Below, in pieces: positions 38,411-48,447 of a stretch of 64,000 nt of DNA (position 1 is its first letter; each line of letters starts with the position of its first letter). The notes beneath the pieces are model-generated. The model ran no database searches. It saw only the letters and a program-made list of their open reading frames with translations, and was not told the DNA's origin. The position numbers and the translations under genes were made by a program. This stretch comes from Candidatus Latescibacterota bacterium (GTDB lineage Bacteria > Latescibacterota > UBA2968), in the NCBI GenBank assembly GCA_965204745.1, contig OZ242010.1, positions 768,001 through 832,000 of the forward strand, in the 5' to 3' direction.

Positions 38411-38546
38411 AGATAGCGCGATTATTTTTTTTTGCAACAATGATTATTGTTAGCGATGCGAAACTTTGCTATCTTCAAAAGCAATGACCCACTGACAACT
38501 GACAACAGATGGCTTGGGCGACGTGCCCGCCCGATAGGAGCCTGCC

Positions 38547-39797
38547 ATGAACGTTGAAATCAACAAGCACGCCCTTGACCGCGTGCCATTGTCGATTATT
38601 TTTGACGATTCAACCGTGCTGGTCAATTTGAATTACTTTTGGATGCGCGACCGTCAGGCCGTGGAAGGCACGGCGTATCGCTGGGAAGATGTGCCTGTGG
38701 TGCATCCCGAATCGTTCACGCGCGAATTTGCAGAGTTTTGTCTGGAGAATGACGTCAAGGGCAAGTTCAGCGTGGTGCCGTGCCCGGCCGCGCTTGGGCG
38801 CATTGACCACGGCTTGCCGATGTTTTCGCAAGCGCAACAAGCGCAGTGGTTGGCAATGTGCAGAGAACTGATCATGCCGAATTACGACATCACGCCGGAG
38901 ATGATCACGCACACTTTTGTGGTAGATCTGGAAACCCTGCGACCCATCGATCCGAATTTGTGGGAGCAACACGGGTGGAATAATCTGCCGACCGACGAAG
39001 AAGAGCGCGTGATGGATTACATCGCGCTGGCGTGCGAGATTTTGCACAATGTGGGGTTGACCCCTGCCGGCGTGACGAGTCCGGGCGGGTTTGGTAATCC
39101 CATCGACTTTTACGCCAAGTGCGCGGAAAATGCCGTGCGCCGGGTGACGGGCAACCCAACGCCCTATTTGTTCAAGCGGGTATCGTCCAAGGGGCCGGTG
39201 GATTGCCCGGTGTGGTATCCCAAACCCGAGCGCGGCGAGGCCATGGGCGAGGTCATCGCAGCCACGGGCGACAAAACCGGGTCGTGGACCGGCTACGGCG
39301 AGGTGGATGTGGATTATTACATCGCGTCAGACCTTCGACGCGGGCGGTTGCCCGAGGTGATCGACGCGGGCGATCCGGGCGTGATGATCAGCCACTGGCA
39401 GGGGTTTTACGGCTTGCACGATGGGGATCGGCGTGGGTTTCGGGCGTTTCAGACCATCGTGCGCCGGCTCAAAGAACGCGATCCAAATGGCGAGCGGTCA
39501 CAGTGGCGCAAGTGCAGCGAGATCACCAATTACGCAATCGCGTGCGAGATGGCCGATGTTTCGGTGGCTGGACAGCGCATCGCACTCGATTTGCCCGTGC
39601 AAGTGCCGGCGTTCACCTTGCGATTGCGCGATGTGGTGGTCGCAGGCGTAACGGTAAATGGCAAACCCCTGACGCGGGCACAGACGCGCTCCGCATTTGA
39701 AGATGGCACCTTTTACCGAGAGGGCGATGTGACCTTTGTCGCCTTCACGCCAGAAGCCCGAGCGGTGCGGGTTGAGGTGGAAAAAGGGGAGAGGTGA
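38547..39797 (+). CDS. Hypothetical protein (possible deacetylase/glycoside-hydrolase-like barrel)
   Basis: Long ORF with AGGAG RBS; SIIFDDS, KGKFSVVP, GVTSPGGFG, SHWQG. Confidence 0.6.
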   Translation: MNVEINKHALDRVPLSIIFDDSTVLVNLNYFWMRDRQAVEGTAYRWEDVPVVHPESFTREFAEFCLENDVKGKFSVVPCPAALGRIDHGLPMFSQAQQAQWLAMCRELIMPNYDITPEMITHTFVVDLETLRPIDPNLWEQHGWNNLPTDEEERVMDYIALACEILHNVGLTPAGVTSPGGFGNPIDFYAKCAENAVRRVTGNPTPYLFKRVSSKGPVDCPVWYPKPERGEAMGEVIAATGDKTGSWTGYGEVDVDYYIASDLRRGRLPEVIDAGDPGVMISHWQGFYGLHDGDRRGFRAFQTIVRRLKERDPNGERSQWRKCSEITNYAIACEMADVSVAGQRIALDLPVQVPAFTLRLRDVVVAGVTVNGKPLTRAQTRSAFEDGTFYREGDVTFVAFTPEARAVRVEVEKGER

Positions 39798-39891
39798 TAA
39801 TCGGGATGATAGCAAAATCCCTTGGGATCCAAGCGCGTGTTCGGGTGGTGGTTGAACGAATTGGCGAAATAACGGAAACAACGCGAGGAGA

Positions 39892-40560
39892 TTGGCTATG
39901 GCACAATTGAGCGAAAGCGCGGTTATTACAATTGAGGATGGCGTTTTTCGCAGTGGCGATGCGGGGATGTGCTCCGGCCCCTTTTTCGAGGGAACGGATG
40001 TACCGATTCAAAAGTTGTTTGACTGTCAAAAAAAGGGCGGTAGCCTGCACCTTTTTCTTCATCACTTCCCATCCGTGAGTCTTGATCAAGCACTGAACGC
40101 ACTTCAAAAACATGTGCATCAAAAAACGAGTGGCGTTATTCACTTCGACGCGGAGATAGCGAGCGATACGGCCGTTTTTGTTGGGACCCGCGTGCCGGTG
40201 AAGAACTTATTTACCTACCTGATCGAGGGCTATAACCTGAAGGATTTTCATTATGATTTTCCGACTGTGTTGCGAGAGCAGACGGGTGCCGTGCTCGAAA
40301 TGGCCAGGGATGTTCTGGAGCAGAACGCCTATAAGGCTCCGAACAGCGTTTTTCACAGCGACCACAACATTATGGGGGGAACACCAGTATTTATGGGTAC
40401 CCGGTTGCCGGTTAAAAATCTGTTTGACTGCTTGACCGCCGCATATAGCCTGAAAGATTTTTATTACGAATTTCCATCCGCGAGTCCGGAACAGTTGGTG
40501 GCAATCCTCAAAATGGCTCAGAAAGTCTTGGAGAAAGAGGTCCATGCGGCTACTGCTTGA
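39892..40560 (+). CDS. DUF433 antitoxin-like protein with three tandem DUF433 units
   Basis: Three repeats of F.GT.(V/L)P(I/V)..LF......L..F...FP. Confidence 0.75.
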   Translation: MAMAQLSESAVITIEDGVFRSGDAGMCSGPFFEGTDVPIQKLFDCQKKGGSLHLFLHHFPSVSLDQALNALQKHVHQKTSGVIHFDAEIASDTAVFVGTRVPVKNLFTYLIEGYNLKDFHYDFPTVLREQTGAVLEMARDVLEQNAYKAPNSVFHSDHNIMGGTPVFMGTRLPVKNLFDCLTAAYSLKDFYYEFPSASPEQLVAILKMAQKVLEKEVHAATA

Positions 40561-40873
40561 CGAATCAGTTACTTGGGACCTGCGACCTCTTCTGATGGGC
40601 GCACATGAAGTCACGACTGCCAGATATCTGGGGTGGGATGGCAAACGCAATGGCGAACTTTTGACGCTGGCCCGAAACGAGTTTGACGTTATCATTACCA
40701 CAGACCAAAACATCCCATACCAGCAACACATCACGGAAGCCGATGTCGCTGTGGTCGTTCTCGCCGCAAAAACGAATGGCATCAATGACTTGAGGCCGTT
40801 GTTGCCCGATCTGCTGAAAAGTCTAGATGTTCTGAAACGCGGTGAAATCGTCCGAATTGAGGCACAGCCATGA
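40544..40873 (+). CDS. DUF5615 PIN-like toxin (VapC45-like)
   Basis: MRLLLDESV, GWDGKRNGELL, IITTDQNI; overlaps the DUF433 gene. Confidence 0.85.
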   Translation: MRLLLDESVTWDLRPLLMGAHEVTTARYLGWDGKRNGELLTLARNEFDVIITTDQNIPYQQHITEADVAVVVLAAKTNGINDLRPLLPDLLKSLDVLKRGEIVRIEAQP

Positions 40874-41002
40874 CACACCCGACCAAAAGCGGTGAGATGC
40901 GACAGGCATATCCTCGCCCGCGGTGTGATGAACCGCGCACCGCGTTTTTTTTTGTCCAAAGAAAAGGATTTTTTCAACCGACTTTATCTCGGGTAGGTGG
41001 CG

Positions 41003-41957
41003 ATGAAAAGAAACCGAACCCGTAGGGATACCTCGCTGAATGTATGGCCATCTTTTACGGATCTGATTACGTCTATTTTTATTTTTGCGATGTTTTTGCT
41101 CATTTTGATGGTCGTGCAAAACTATATCAGTTTGGTGCAGTTGAGCCACCTGCATCGCATTGTCGGCAGTATCTTCAACGATTTGGATGATTTGAAGCGG
41201 GTTATGGAAGGGGAAGAAGTCGAAGTGGAGAAAGGGACAATCGTCATCAAAAGCGATGTCCTTTTTCCTTTTAATAGGTGGGAGATACGAGATATACCTT
41301 CTCGGGCATTGGAAGATTTGCGGCGTATTGGACAAAAGTTGAAGACGTATTTGGACAGCCGCCGGAGTCAAAAGTTCAGGATTGTCATCGAGGGGCACAC
41401 AGATACGATGGGGCCTTCAGAAAATAACGACCGGCTTTCGTATCAACGCGCCCAATCGCTCGCGTTGCTCTGGAGAAGAAATATCGGATTTACGCCAGAG
41501 CATTACGAACTCATTCCGGCGGGTTTGGGAGCGTCCAACCCCAAAATCGAAGTCAAAAGAGATACGATCACCATTTACAGCGATGTGTTTTCACCTTCGG
41601 GGATGTGGGATGGCGAGCGCATTCTCCCTTCTGCACGAGAGGACTTGGAAAGTATTGGGCGGATACTGAAGGAAGCACGGCAACGAGATGGAAAATTCGC
41701 CATAGCCATCAAAGCGCGAACAGACACCTCGATGGTTTCCGATCTTTCCGACAAGCGCGTCTCGTCGCTCGTGTTGCTCTGGCAAAATATTGGCCTCACG
41801 CAGGAATATTATGAACTGGTATCGCTGGGGGGCGGGAAATTTCAGATCGCAGCGATTGACAGCAAGTTGAGGAAAGCCGTTGAAAACGCGAATCGACGGG
41901 TCGAGGTCAAGATCATTCCCAAGTTCAGCGAGTTAGAACCTTTTTACCGCAACAAAC
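41003..41957 (+). CDS. MotB/ZorB-like OmpA-family membrane protein, last codons displaced by IS5 (native end 43152-43162)
   Basis: WPSFTDL + TM, SDVLF, IEGHTD, LSYQRA, NRRVEV; removing the IS and one TSD restores ...FYRNKLKK*. Confidence 0.8.
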
Positions 41958-43142
41958 GGCGTTGTTGCATAAATGTTGTCGTGGCTAAGTTCGTCCCTTT
42001 CCCGCGAAATTTAAGCCCTTCTTTCTATGGGATAGGACACGGGTTTCGCGATCCTCATCATGCGATTGAGCACCGCACATCCCAACCGTGCTTCCGTTTC
42101 TTGGTTCTTCTTTTTTCGTGCGCGCAACTGCCGCCCAATGAGTTGTTTGTAGCGGCCTATGTGGGTTTCAACGACCGAGCGACGATGATAGCCACTGGTG
42201 CGTTTCCACTGTCGGCGGCCTTGACGCCGGATGGCTCGGATGATTTCATCGCGGGCGAGGGGGGGTGCCTTCCTGTTTCCGTGTTGTTCAATTTTGGCAT
42301 CATGGCGCGGGGGAATCAGAGGTCGGATGGGGGCTCCTTGTTTGGGGGCGGCGCATGTGTTGAAGACCTTGCGTTTGTCATAGCCGCCATCGGCGCCCAG
42401 CGTATGGACAGGGGCCGGGACTTGATCGAGCAAGGGGTTGACCTGCGAAGCGTCATCAACGCTTGCCGAGGTCAGGGTCTGTGCGACAATCTCCCCGGTG
42501 GCCTCATCGACGCCGATGTGCAATTTGCGCCAAGTCCGGCGCTTGCAAAAGCCGTGTTGACGCACCTTCCATTCGCCTTCGCCATACACTTTCAGGCCGG
42601 TAGAATCCACCACCAAGTGGATCGGCTCGTGACGGGATTGGACAGGTAAATCCACGTTCAAATCGCCCTGTCGCCGGCAGAGGGTCGTGTGATCGGGCAC
42701 ACGCAAATCCACCCCCATCAATGCCAGGATGGACTTGAGAAACCCCTCGGTTTGACGCAGGGGCAAGGCATAGACCAAGCGCACCATCAATGCCGTTTGA
42801 ATAGCCAAATCTGAAAAGGTGTTTTGCCGCCCCCGTTGCGTTGGCCCTTGATGGTACCAGTTCCGAAGGGCTTGCGGCGTGATCCAAAACGTCAGACTGC
42901 CCCGCTGCTTGAGACCGGCCTCGTAGGCCGCCCAGTTCCTAACCCGATAGACAGGCGCACAGCGCGGGCGACGCGGGCGACGCGGGGACTTGACGGCGGG
43001 TTTGGAAGCGGTTATCTTGGGCATGACAGGTTCCTGGTGAGAAAGGGTGAGTTGTTTTGGTGATCTATATGCCCAATCTACGAAGGAGCCTGTCTTTTTG
43101 CAATCCCAACTTGCAGGAAATTGCTATTTATGCAACAACGCC
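41958..43142 (-). mobile_element. IS5 family (IS903 group) element with 17-bp TIRs and 9-bp TSD
   Basis: TIR GGCGTTGTTGCATAAAT at 41958 and its reverse complement at 43126-43142; TSD GCAACAAAC at 41949-41957 and 43143-43151. Confidence 0.95.
42011..43024 (-). CDS. IS5/IS903-group DDE transposase
   Basis: NWAAYEAGLKQRGSLTFW, VDSTGLKVYGEGEW, WRKLH, ADGGYD, GYHRRSVVET. Confidence 0.95.
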   Translation of the reverse strand: MPKITASKPAVKSPRRPRRPRCAPVYRVRNWAAYEAGLKQRGSLTFWITPQALRNWYHQGPTQRGRQNTFSDLAIQTALMVRLVYALPLRQTEGFLKSILALMGVDLRVPDHTTLCRRQGDLNVDLPVQSRHEPIHLVVDSTGLKVYGEGEWKVRQHGFCKRRTWRKLHIGVDEATGEIVAQTLTSASVDDASQVNPLLDQVPAPVHTLGADGGYDKRKVFNTCAAPKQGAPIRPLIPPRHDAKIEQHGNRKAPPLARDEIIRAIRRQGRRQWKRTSGYHRRSVVETHIGRYKQLIGRQLRARKKKNQETEARLGCAVLNRMMRIAKPVSYPIERRA

Positions 43143-43181
43143 GCAACAAACTCAAAAAATGACGGATTTCTGAACGCGCTT

Positions 43182-44438
43182 TCACTCATCGTATAGCAAA
43201 TACTTTTGGCGGGCGGCGGAGAAGTTGGCGAGTTGTTCCGTCCATTGTGACCAGATGTGCTGTGGGGCATCGCCTCTTAACAGGGCTTCGCGTATGGTGC
43301 TCGTGCCCATGGCTTTGTCGAATCGGTCATACCGGTCTCGTGGGATTTTGAACTCGGGATATTGCGCGATAAAGTGCGCGAGCATTTCGACTTCCGTGCG
43401 CGTGGGGTGAAATGCGATGGGGTCTTCCACGTCCAAAAATACGGCTTGCACCTCCTCGTTGCGAAACAGCCCTTTGTCGGGCACAAATGTCATGGCGCGA
43501 AAGCGCGCGCCCGGCAGTTGTCGCGCGTTTAGGGCGCGGGCCGTTTTCTCTGCGTTGACCCAGGGCGCGCCCACGAGTTGAAAGGGCGTTTCGGTTCCGA
43601 TGCCGATGTGCAAGGTGCCCAGGGTGCCGATTGTTCCGGTTGCGGCGAAACACACCGCGGATTCGGGCGAGGGGATGTTGGGCGAGGGGGCGACCCAATC
43701 GCGCTCGACATCTTGCCAGCGCGTGGTGCGTTGGTAGCCGGCCATCGGTATGACGGTAAGGGAACACGCGAGGGCGTGCTCTCGGTTGAGATAGCGCGCG
43801 AGTTCGCCAACGGTCAGGCCATAGACGCGGGGCACGGGATACAGGCCGATAAATGACAGCCATTTTTCCTCGGTCACCGGGCCATCCACTGTCAAGCCGC
43901 CCAGGGGATTGGGGCGGTCGAAGACGATGACGCGCTTATCGCGTTCGGCGGCTGCGGCCATGACCTCGGCCAAACTCCAGATGTAGGTGTAGGCCCTGCT
44001 GCCCACGTCTTGAATATCGTAGATCAGGACATCGACCTGGGCCAAGGCCGCTGGCTTGGGTCTTTTGCTACCTCCTCCGTAGAGCGAAAACACGGGCAGG
44101 TCGTTCAGTTGCGTATCGCCGATGCGTTTGCCCGCTTCTTCCCGCGCTTTGATCCCGTGCTCGGGGGCGAACAGCGCGACCAAATTCACCTCTGGATGTT
44201 GCCGCAGGGCATCGATCGTCGTCTCGGCCGTTTTCGTGCGACCCGTGGGATTGGTGATCAAGCCCACCCGCGCGCCCGCTACGAGCTGGGTATGATGGTT
44301 CAAAAACACATCTACCCCCATCTGCACTTGCGTCGCCAGGAAGGCCGGGATGAGGCAAGCGATGAGCAAACAGGAAGGCGCGACAAAAATAACCCACAGC
44401 AAGAAGTCGTCATTCCACTTAATCGTTCTCATTTTCAT
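43182..44438 (-). CDS. DUF1343 / NamZ-like exo-beta-N-acetylmuramidase
   Basis: GLITNPTG, FAPEHG, YDIQDVGSRAYTY, DRPNPLG, PSPNIP. Confidence 0.9.
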   Translation of the reverse strand: MKMRTIKWNDDFLLWVIFVAPSCLLIACLIPAFLATQVQMGVDVFLNHHTQLVAGARVGLITNPTGRTKTAETTIDALRQHPEVNLVALFAPEHGIKAREEAGKRIGDTQLNDLPVFSLYGGGSKRPKPAALAQVDVLIYDIQDVGSRAYTYIWSLAEVMAAAAERDKRVIVFDRPNPLGGLTVDGPVTEEKWLSFIGLYPVPRVYGLTVGELARYLNREHALACSLTVIPMAGYQRTTRWQDVERDWVAPSPNIPSPESAVCFAATGTIGTLGTLHIGIGTETPFQLVGAPWVNAEKTARALNARQLPGARFRAMTFVPDKGLFRNEEVQAVFLDVEDPIAFHPTRTEVEMLAHFIAQYPEFKIPRDRYDRFDKAMGTSTIREALLRGDAPQHIWSQWTEQLANFSAARQKYLLYDE

Positions 44439-44509
44439 TTTCCCAAATTAAAAACGGGCAGTTGCACATGCGACTGCCCTTTGTGTTGTGTGAACCCGAT
44501 GTGATCGCG

Positions 44510-44722
44510 CTATTGCGCGGCTTTTCGCGCCTGCTTTTTCCAGTTGCCATAAGCCTTCCAGTCGATGGTTTCGCGCTCGCCATTGCAATTCAAAATCCCG
44601 GCGTTCAGATATTCCTCGATTCGCGCTTTGACCTGTTGGGGAGACAGATTCAGTTGTGAGGCGGCGACGTCTTCGCCAATGCCGGCCACCAGCAGTTTCA
44701 ACAACGCCTTGTCGTCCATCAC
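44510..44722 (-). CDS. Small hypothetical protein (possible HTH)
   Basis: AAGGAG RBS; VAASQLNLSPQQVKARI helix pattern. Confidence 0.45.
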   Translation of the reverse strand: MMDDKALLKLLVAGIGEDVAASQLNLSPQQVKARIEEYLNAGILNCNGERETIDWKAYGNWKKQARKAAQ

Positions 44723-44931
44723 GGGACTCCTTCACAGAATCGCGCAATGCCCTCTCAAATCAGAGCACTGGACGCGAATGGGTGGGGGATTGCGGAAGGA
44801 AAGCTAGGCGAGGAAGAAGCATTGCAAGCGCCCGCCAAAAAGCAGACATAGCGATTCCCGCCCGCGAAAATACAATATAGTGATTCTCGACCTGCTCGCA
44901 AGACAAATTGCGCTGTGTTGGGTGGGGGCGA

Positions 44932-46362
44932 TCAGGCCACGGGCAAGGGCGCGTGATCGCCCGTTTCGTGTTGCCAGAGGCGAATGCGGGCCGCCATTTC
45001 CCGGACGCGATCTCGGTGGATGGGGTCATCGAACAAATTGGTTTGTTCAAAGGGATCGCGGTTCAGATCGAATAATTCGCACTGGTCGCCCGCGCACAAA
45101 TTGAGTTTCCAATGGTCGCCCGTCACCACGCAACGCCAAGGTAGGGTTGCCATCAAATTGATCTGTGCATTGCCCAAGTTGCGGTCGCCAATGCCGTTCC
45201 ATTCCATGAATGCCGCGTGATCGCGCAGATGGGCCTCGCCGCGCAACACATCGGCGCACGCCCTGCCCGGAAGCGATTTTGGGATGGGCTGATCGGCCAG
45301 TTCCAAGAGCGTGGCGATCAAGTCCGCGTGCCCAAAAACGCCGCCGACGCGCCGTTGCGACTGCGCGAGCCAGGGCGCGCTTAAGATCATGGGCACGCGC
45401 GCGGATTCCTCGTAAAATGCGCGTTTTTCCAGCATGGCGTGATCGCCTGCCATTTCGCCGTGGTCGCTGGTGAGTGCGAAGATCGTGTTTTCCATTTGCC
45501 CCGTGTCTTCCAAGACTTTCACCATGCGGCCCACGGCGTCGTCGATGATTTTTACGTTGCCGTAGTACTGGGCGCGCAATTTTCGCCAGGAGTGTTCTCG
45601 GCGCAAGTCTTCGCCCTCGACCGTGTGGTCGAGGTAGTGATCGGCGCGGGCGCGGTTGAACAGGGCGTGCCCTTCGGGCTTTTTGAGAAATGCCGGGCCG
45701 ACCGGCAATTGGTCGGGGTCGTACATGCCGTCATAAGGCCCGGTCATGGGCGGGTGCGGCTCGAACGTGCTGAACACGAGCAGCCACGGGCGGTCTGCGT
45801 TTTCTCGAATGAATCGCTCGGCGTGATTGGCGACGAATGCGGCCATCTGGTATTCGGGCGGCAGTTGGGAACGCTGGCGCGGAGAGAAGATGATTTCCCC
45901 GGTCGCGCTGTTGTTTTGGGGCGCGATGCCCTGCGCTTTCATCCAGTCGTAATAGCTGCTAAAGGGCAGGCCCGGCCGGGAATATTTGTTGCGGTGGTCG
46001 TCTTCGGTGCTGATCCATTCGTCAAACCCGTGTTGTCGCACGGAGTCGTCTCCCAAATGCCACTTGCCAAACATGGCTTTGCGGTACGCGTTGGGCAACA
46101 TTTCTGCGATAGATGGAATTTCATCGCGCAACTGCTCGCGGTTGACCACGCACCCGTGGGAATGCGGATACAGGCCGGTCATCAGGGATCCGCGCGCGGG
46201 CGTGCATACGGGCTGCGTCACATAAGTGTTGTCAAAGACAAAGCTGCGCTCGGCCAGCGCGTCTTGATGCGGGGATTGAATCCAGTCGTTGCCGTAACAC
46301 TTCATGGTATCCGTGCGTTGCTGATCGCTGATGAACAGCAGAATATTCGGTTGCTTTGGCAT
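44932..46362 (-). CDS. Cys-type sulfatase
   Basis: PNILLFISDQQR, CTPARGSLMTG, GKWHLG, TSDHG. Confidence 0.93.
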   Translation of the reverse strand: MPKQPNILLFISDQQRTDTMKCYGNDWIQSPHQDALAERSFVFDNTYVTQPVCTPARGSLMTGLYPHSHGCVVNREQLRDEIPSIAEMLPNAYRKAMFGKWHLGDDSVRQHGFDEWISTEDDHRNKYSRPGLPFSSYYDWMKAQGIAPQNNSATGEIIFSPRQRSQLPPEYQMAAFVANHAERFIRENADRPWLLVFSTFEPHPPMTGPYDGMYDPDQLPVGPAFLKKPEGHALFNRARADHYLDHTVEGEDLRREHSWRKLRAQYYGNVKIIDDAVGRMVKVLEDTGQMENTIFALTSDHGEMAGDHAMLEKRAFYEESARVPMILSAPWLAQSQRRVGGVFGHADLIATLLELADQPIPKSLPGRACADVLRGEAHLRDHAAFMEWNGIGDRNLGNAQINLMATLPWRCVVTGDHWKLNLCAGDQCELFDLNRDPFEQTNLFDDPIHRDRVREMAARIRLWQHETGDHAPLPVA

Positions 46363-46522
46363 GCGGTTACTCCTCTTGAAGTTACACGAGAAATGCGATA
46401 CGCATGATCAACGTACGCGGTCTCTGGGGTCATGTCAAGGTGGATTTGAGGGCACTTTTTTTCGTAGCGCGCGCTGAATTTTGGTATGTTATGGAGGTGG
46501 CGTATTTTTTGAGGAGGGTACT

Positions 46523-47047
46523 TTGCGCGTGTTGAGAGCATATATTCGATTTGCCGATGGGTTGAACGAGTGCGTCGGCCGGGGGATTGCGTGGTTGACC
46601 ACGGCGTTGGTCGCGGTGGTGTGTTACGATGTGTTCACGCGCTACTTGCTCAAAAACAGCCTGGTCGCGGTGCAGGAACTCCAATGGCACTTGTTCGCGC
46701 TGATCTTTCTCATCGGCGCGGCGTATTCGCTCAAATACGACAAGCACGTGCGCGTGGATGTGTTTTACAGCCGGTTTTCGCCGCGCAAACGCGCCTGGGT
46801 GAATTTTGTCGGCAGCCTCTTGTTTCTCATTCCCTTTTGCATCATCGTCATCATCAGTTCGCAGACTTTCGTGGTCAGTGCGTTCCACATCGGTGAAACG
46901 TCGCCGGATCCGGGCGGGTTGCCCGGCCGATGGGTGCTCAAAGCCGCCATTCCCGTGGGCTTTGTGTTGCTTTTGCTGCAAGGGCTTGCCCTGGCGTGCC
47001 GGTCGTTGCTCGGCATCCTCGGACGAGGCGAGGAGGTGGATGTATGA
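46523..47047 (+). CDS. TRAP transporter small permease (DctQ)
   Basis: ELQWHLFA, HVRVDVFY, SPDPGGL. Confidence 0.9.
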   Translation: MRVLRAYIRFADGLNECVGRGIAWLTTALVAVVCYDVFTRYLLKNSLVAVQELQWHLFALIFLIGAAYSLKYDKHVRVDVFYSRFSPRKRAWVNFVGSLLFLIPFCIIVIISSQTFVVSAFHIGETSPDPGGLPGRWVLKAAIPVGFVLLLLQGLALACRSLLGILGRGEEVDV

Positions 47048-48363
47048 TCGAAGCCATGCCCTTGATTCTCTTTGGCGTCTTGTTTCTCCTGTTGTTGCTC
47101 GGATTTCCCGTGGCGTTTACGCTGGGCGGCGTCTCGTTCATTCTCGGGTATATCGCGTTTGGCCCCGAGTTCTTCAAGCTCTTGCCCCTGCGTATTTGGG
47201 GGGTGATGACCAATTACGTGTTGATCGCCGTGCCCCTGTTCGTGTATATGGGGGTGATGCTCGAGAAGTCCGGGTTGGCGGAAGATTTGCTCGAGACGAT
47301 GGCACTGCTCTTTGGTCATCTGCGCGGGGGACTCGCGCTTTCTGTGGTGGCCGTGGGCGCGATGTTCGGCGCGTCAACCGGGATTGTGGGGGCGACTGTG
47401 GTGACGATGGGCTTGTTGAGTTTGCCGACGATGCTCAAACGCGGCTATCGGGCCGAGGTCGCCACGGGCGCGATCTCGGCGTCGGGCACGCTCGGGCAGA
47501 TTATCCCGCCGAGTATTGTTTTGGTGCTGTTGGGCAGCGTGCTCAATATTTCTATCGGCGATATGTTTGTCGGCGCGGTGTTGCCCGGGTTGATCTTGGT
47601 GGGCCTGTACGCGGCGTATCTCATTCTCGTCGCGGTTTTCAAGTCCGAGTGGGCACCTGCGATGCCCGAGGAGGAACTCGCGCAGTTTCGCGGCAAGGCG
47701 ATGGTACAGCGCGTTTTGAAGGCGTTTGTGTTGCCGTCTCTGCTCGTGGTCGCGGTGCTCGGTTCGATCTTTGCGGGCATTGCGTCTCCGACCGAGGCCG
47801 CGGCCGTGGGCGCGTTTGGCGCGACCCTGTTGACGGTGCTGCAGAGGAAGTTTTCGTATGCCACCCTGAAATCCGTGATGGCGGATACCACGCATCTCAC
47901 TTGTATGGTATTTGTTATTTTGGTGGGGGCGACGGCTTTTGGCTTGGTGTTTCGCGGCATGCGCGGCGACGTTTATTTGACCGATCTCATTCTTGCGGCC
48001 AACATGGGGCCCGGCGGGTTTCTCGCGTTGGTGATGGCGATGATCTTCGTCGCGGGATTTTTTATCGACTTTATCGAAATCACGTTTATTATCGTGCCGG
48101 TTGTCGCGCCTATTTTCGTGGCACTCGGGGTCGATCTGCTGTGGGTGGGGATTCTCATCGCGATGAATCTCCAAACCTCGTTTTTGACGCCGCCGTTTGG
48201 CTTTTCGCTGTTTTATCTCAAGGGCGTGGCGCCGCCCGAAGTCCGCACGGGCCATATTTACCGCGGGATTATTCCCTTTATCGCCATCCAACTGATCGGC
48301 CTCGCCCTGGTCATCACCTTCCCCGAAGTGGCGACCGAGTTGCCGCGGTATTTGGGGCGATAA
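47044..48363 (+). CDS. TRAP transporter large permease (DctM)
   Basis: GFPVAFTL, GTLGQIIPPS, TEAAAVG, SFLTPPFG. Confidence 0.93.
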   Translation: MIEAMPLILFGVLFLLLLLGFPVAFTLGGVSFILGYIAFGPEFFKLLPLRIWGVMTNYVLIAVPLFVYMGVMLEKSGLAEDLLETMALLFGHLRGGLALSVVAVGAMFGASTGIVGATVVTMGLLSLPTMLKRGYRAEVATGAISASGTLGQIIPPSIVLVLLGSVLNISIGDMFVGAVLPGLILVGLYAAYLILVAVFKSEWAPAMPEEELAQFRGKAMVQRVLKAFVLPSLLVVAVLGSIFAGIASPTEAAAVGAFGATLLTVLQRKFSYATLKSVMADTTHLTCMVFVILVGATAFGLVFRGMRGDVYLTDLILAANMGPGGFLALVMAMIFVAGFFIDFIEITFIIVPVVAPIFVALGVDLLWVGILIAMNLQTSFLTPPFGFSLFYLKGVAPPEVRTGHIYRGIIPFIAIQLIGLALVITFPEVATELPRYLGR

Positions 48364-48400
48364 AACGAGAGACACTTCCGCGTTTTTGCCCGAGACGGAC

Positions 48401-48432
48401 AAAGCCCTCCTGATTTAACAGGAGGGCTTTTT
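48401..48432. terminator. Terminator hairpin between convergent TRAP genes
   Basis: AAAGCCCTCCTG...CAGGAGGGCTTT followed by a T run. Confidence 0.8.
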
Positions 48433-48447
48433 TGGTGATTGGCCCGT

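Noticed and set aside
38225-38440. N-terminal (SHVSRLT)n extension of the uxuA-like ORF
   Set aside because: Translation of the heptamer array; a clear RBS and ATG exist at 38224
40997-42649. 550-aa ORF as a native protein
   Set aside because: The C-terminal ~230 aa are read-through into the IS5 antisense strand
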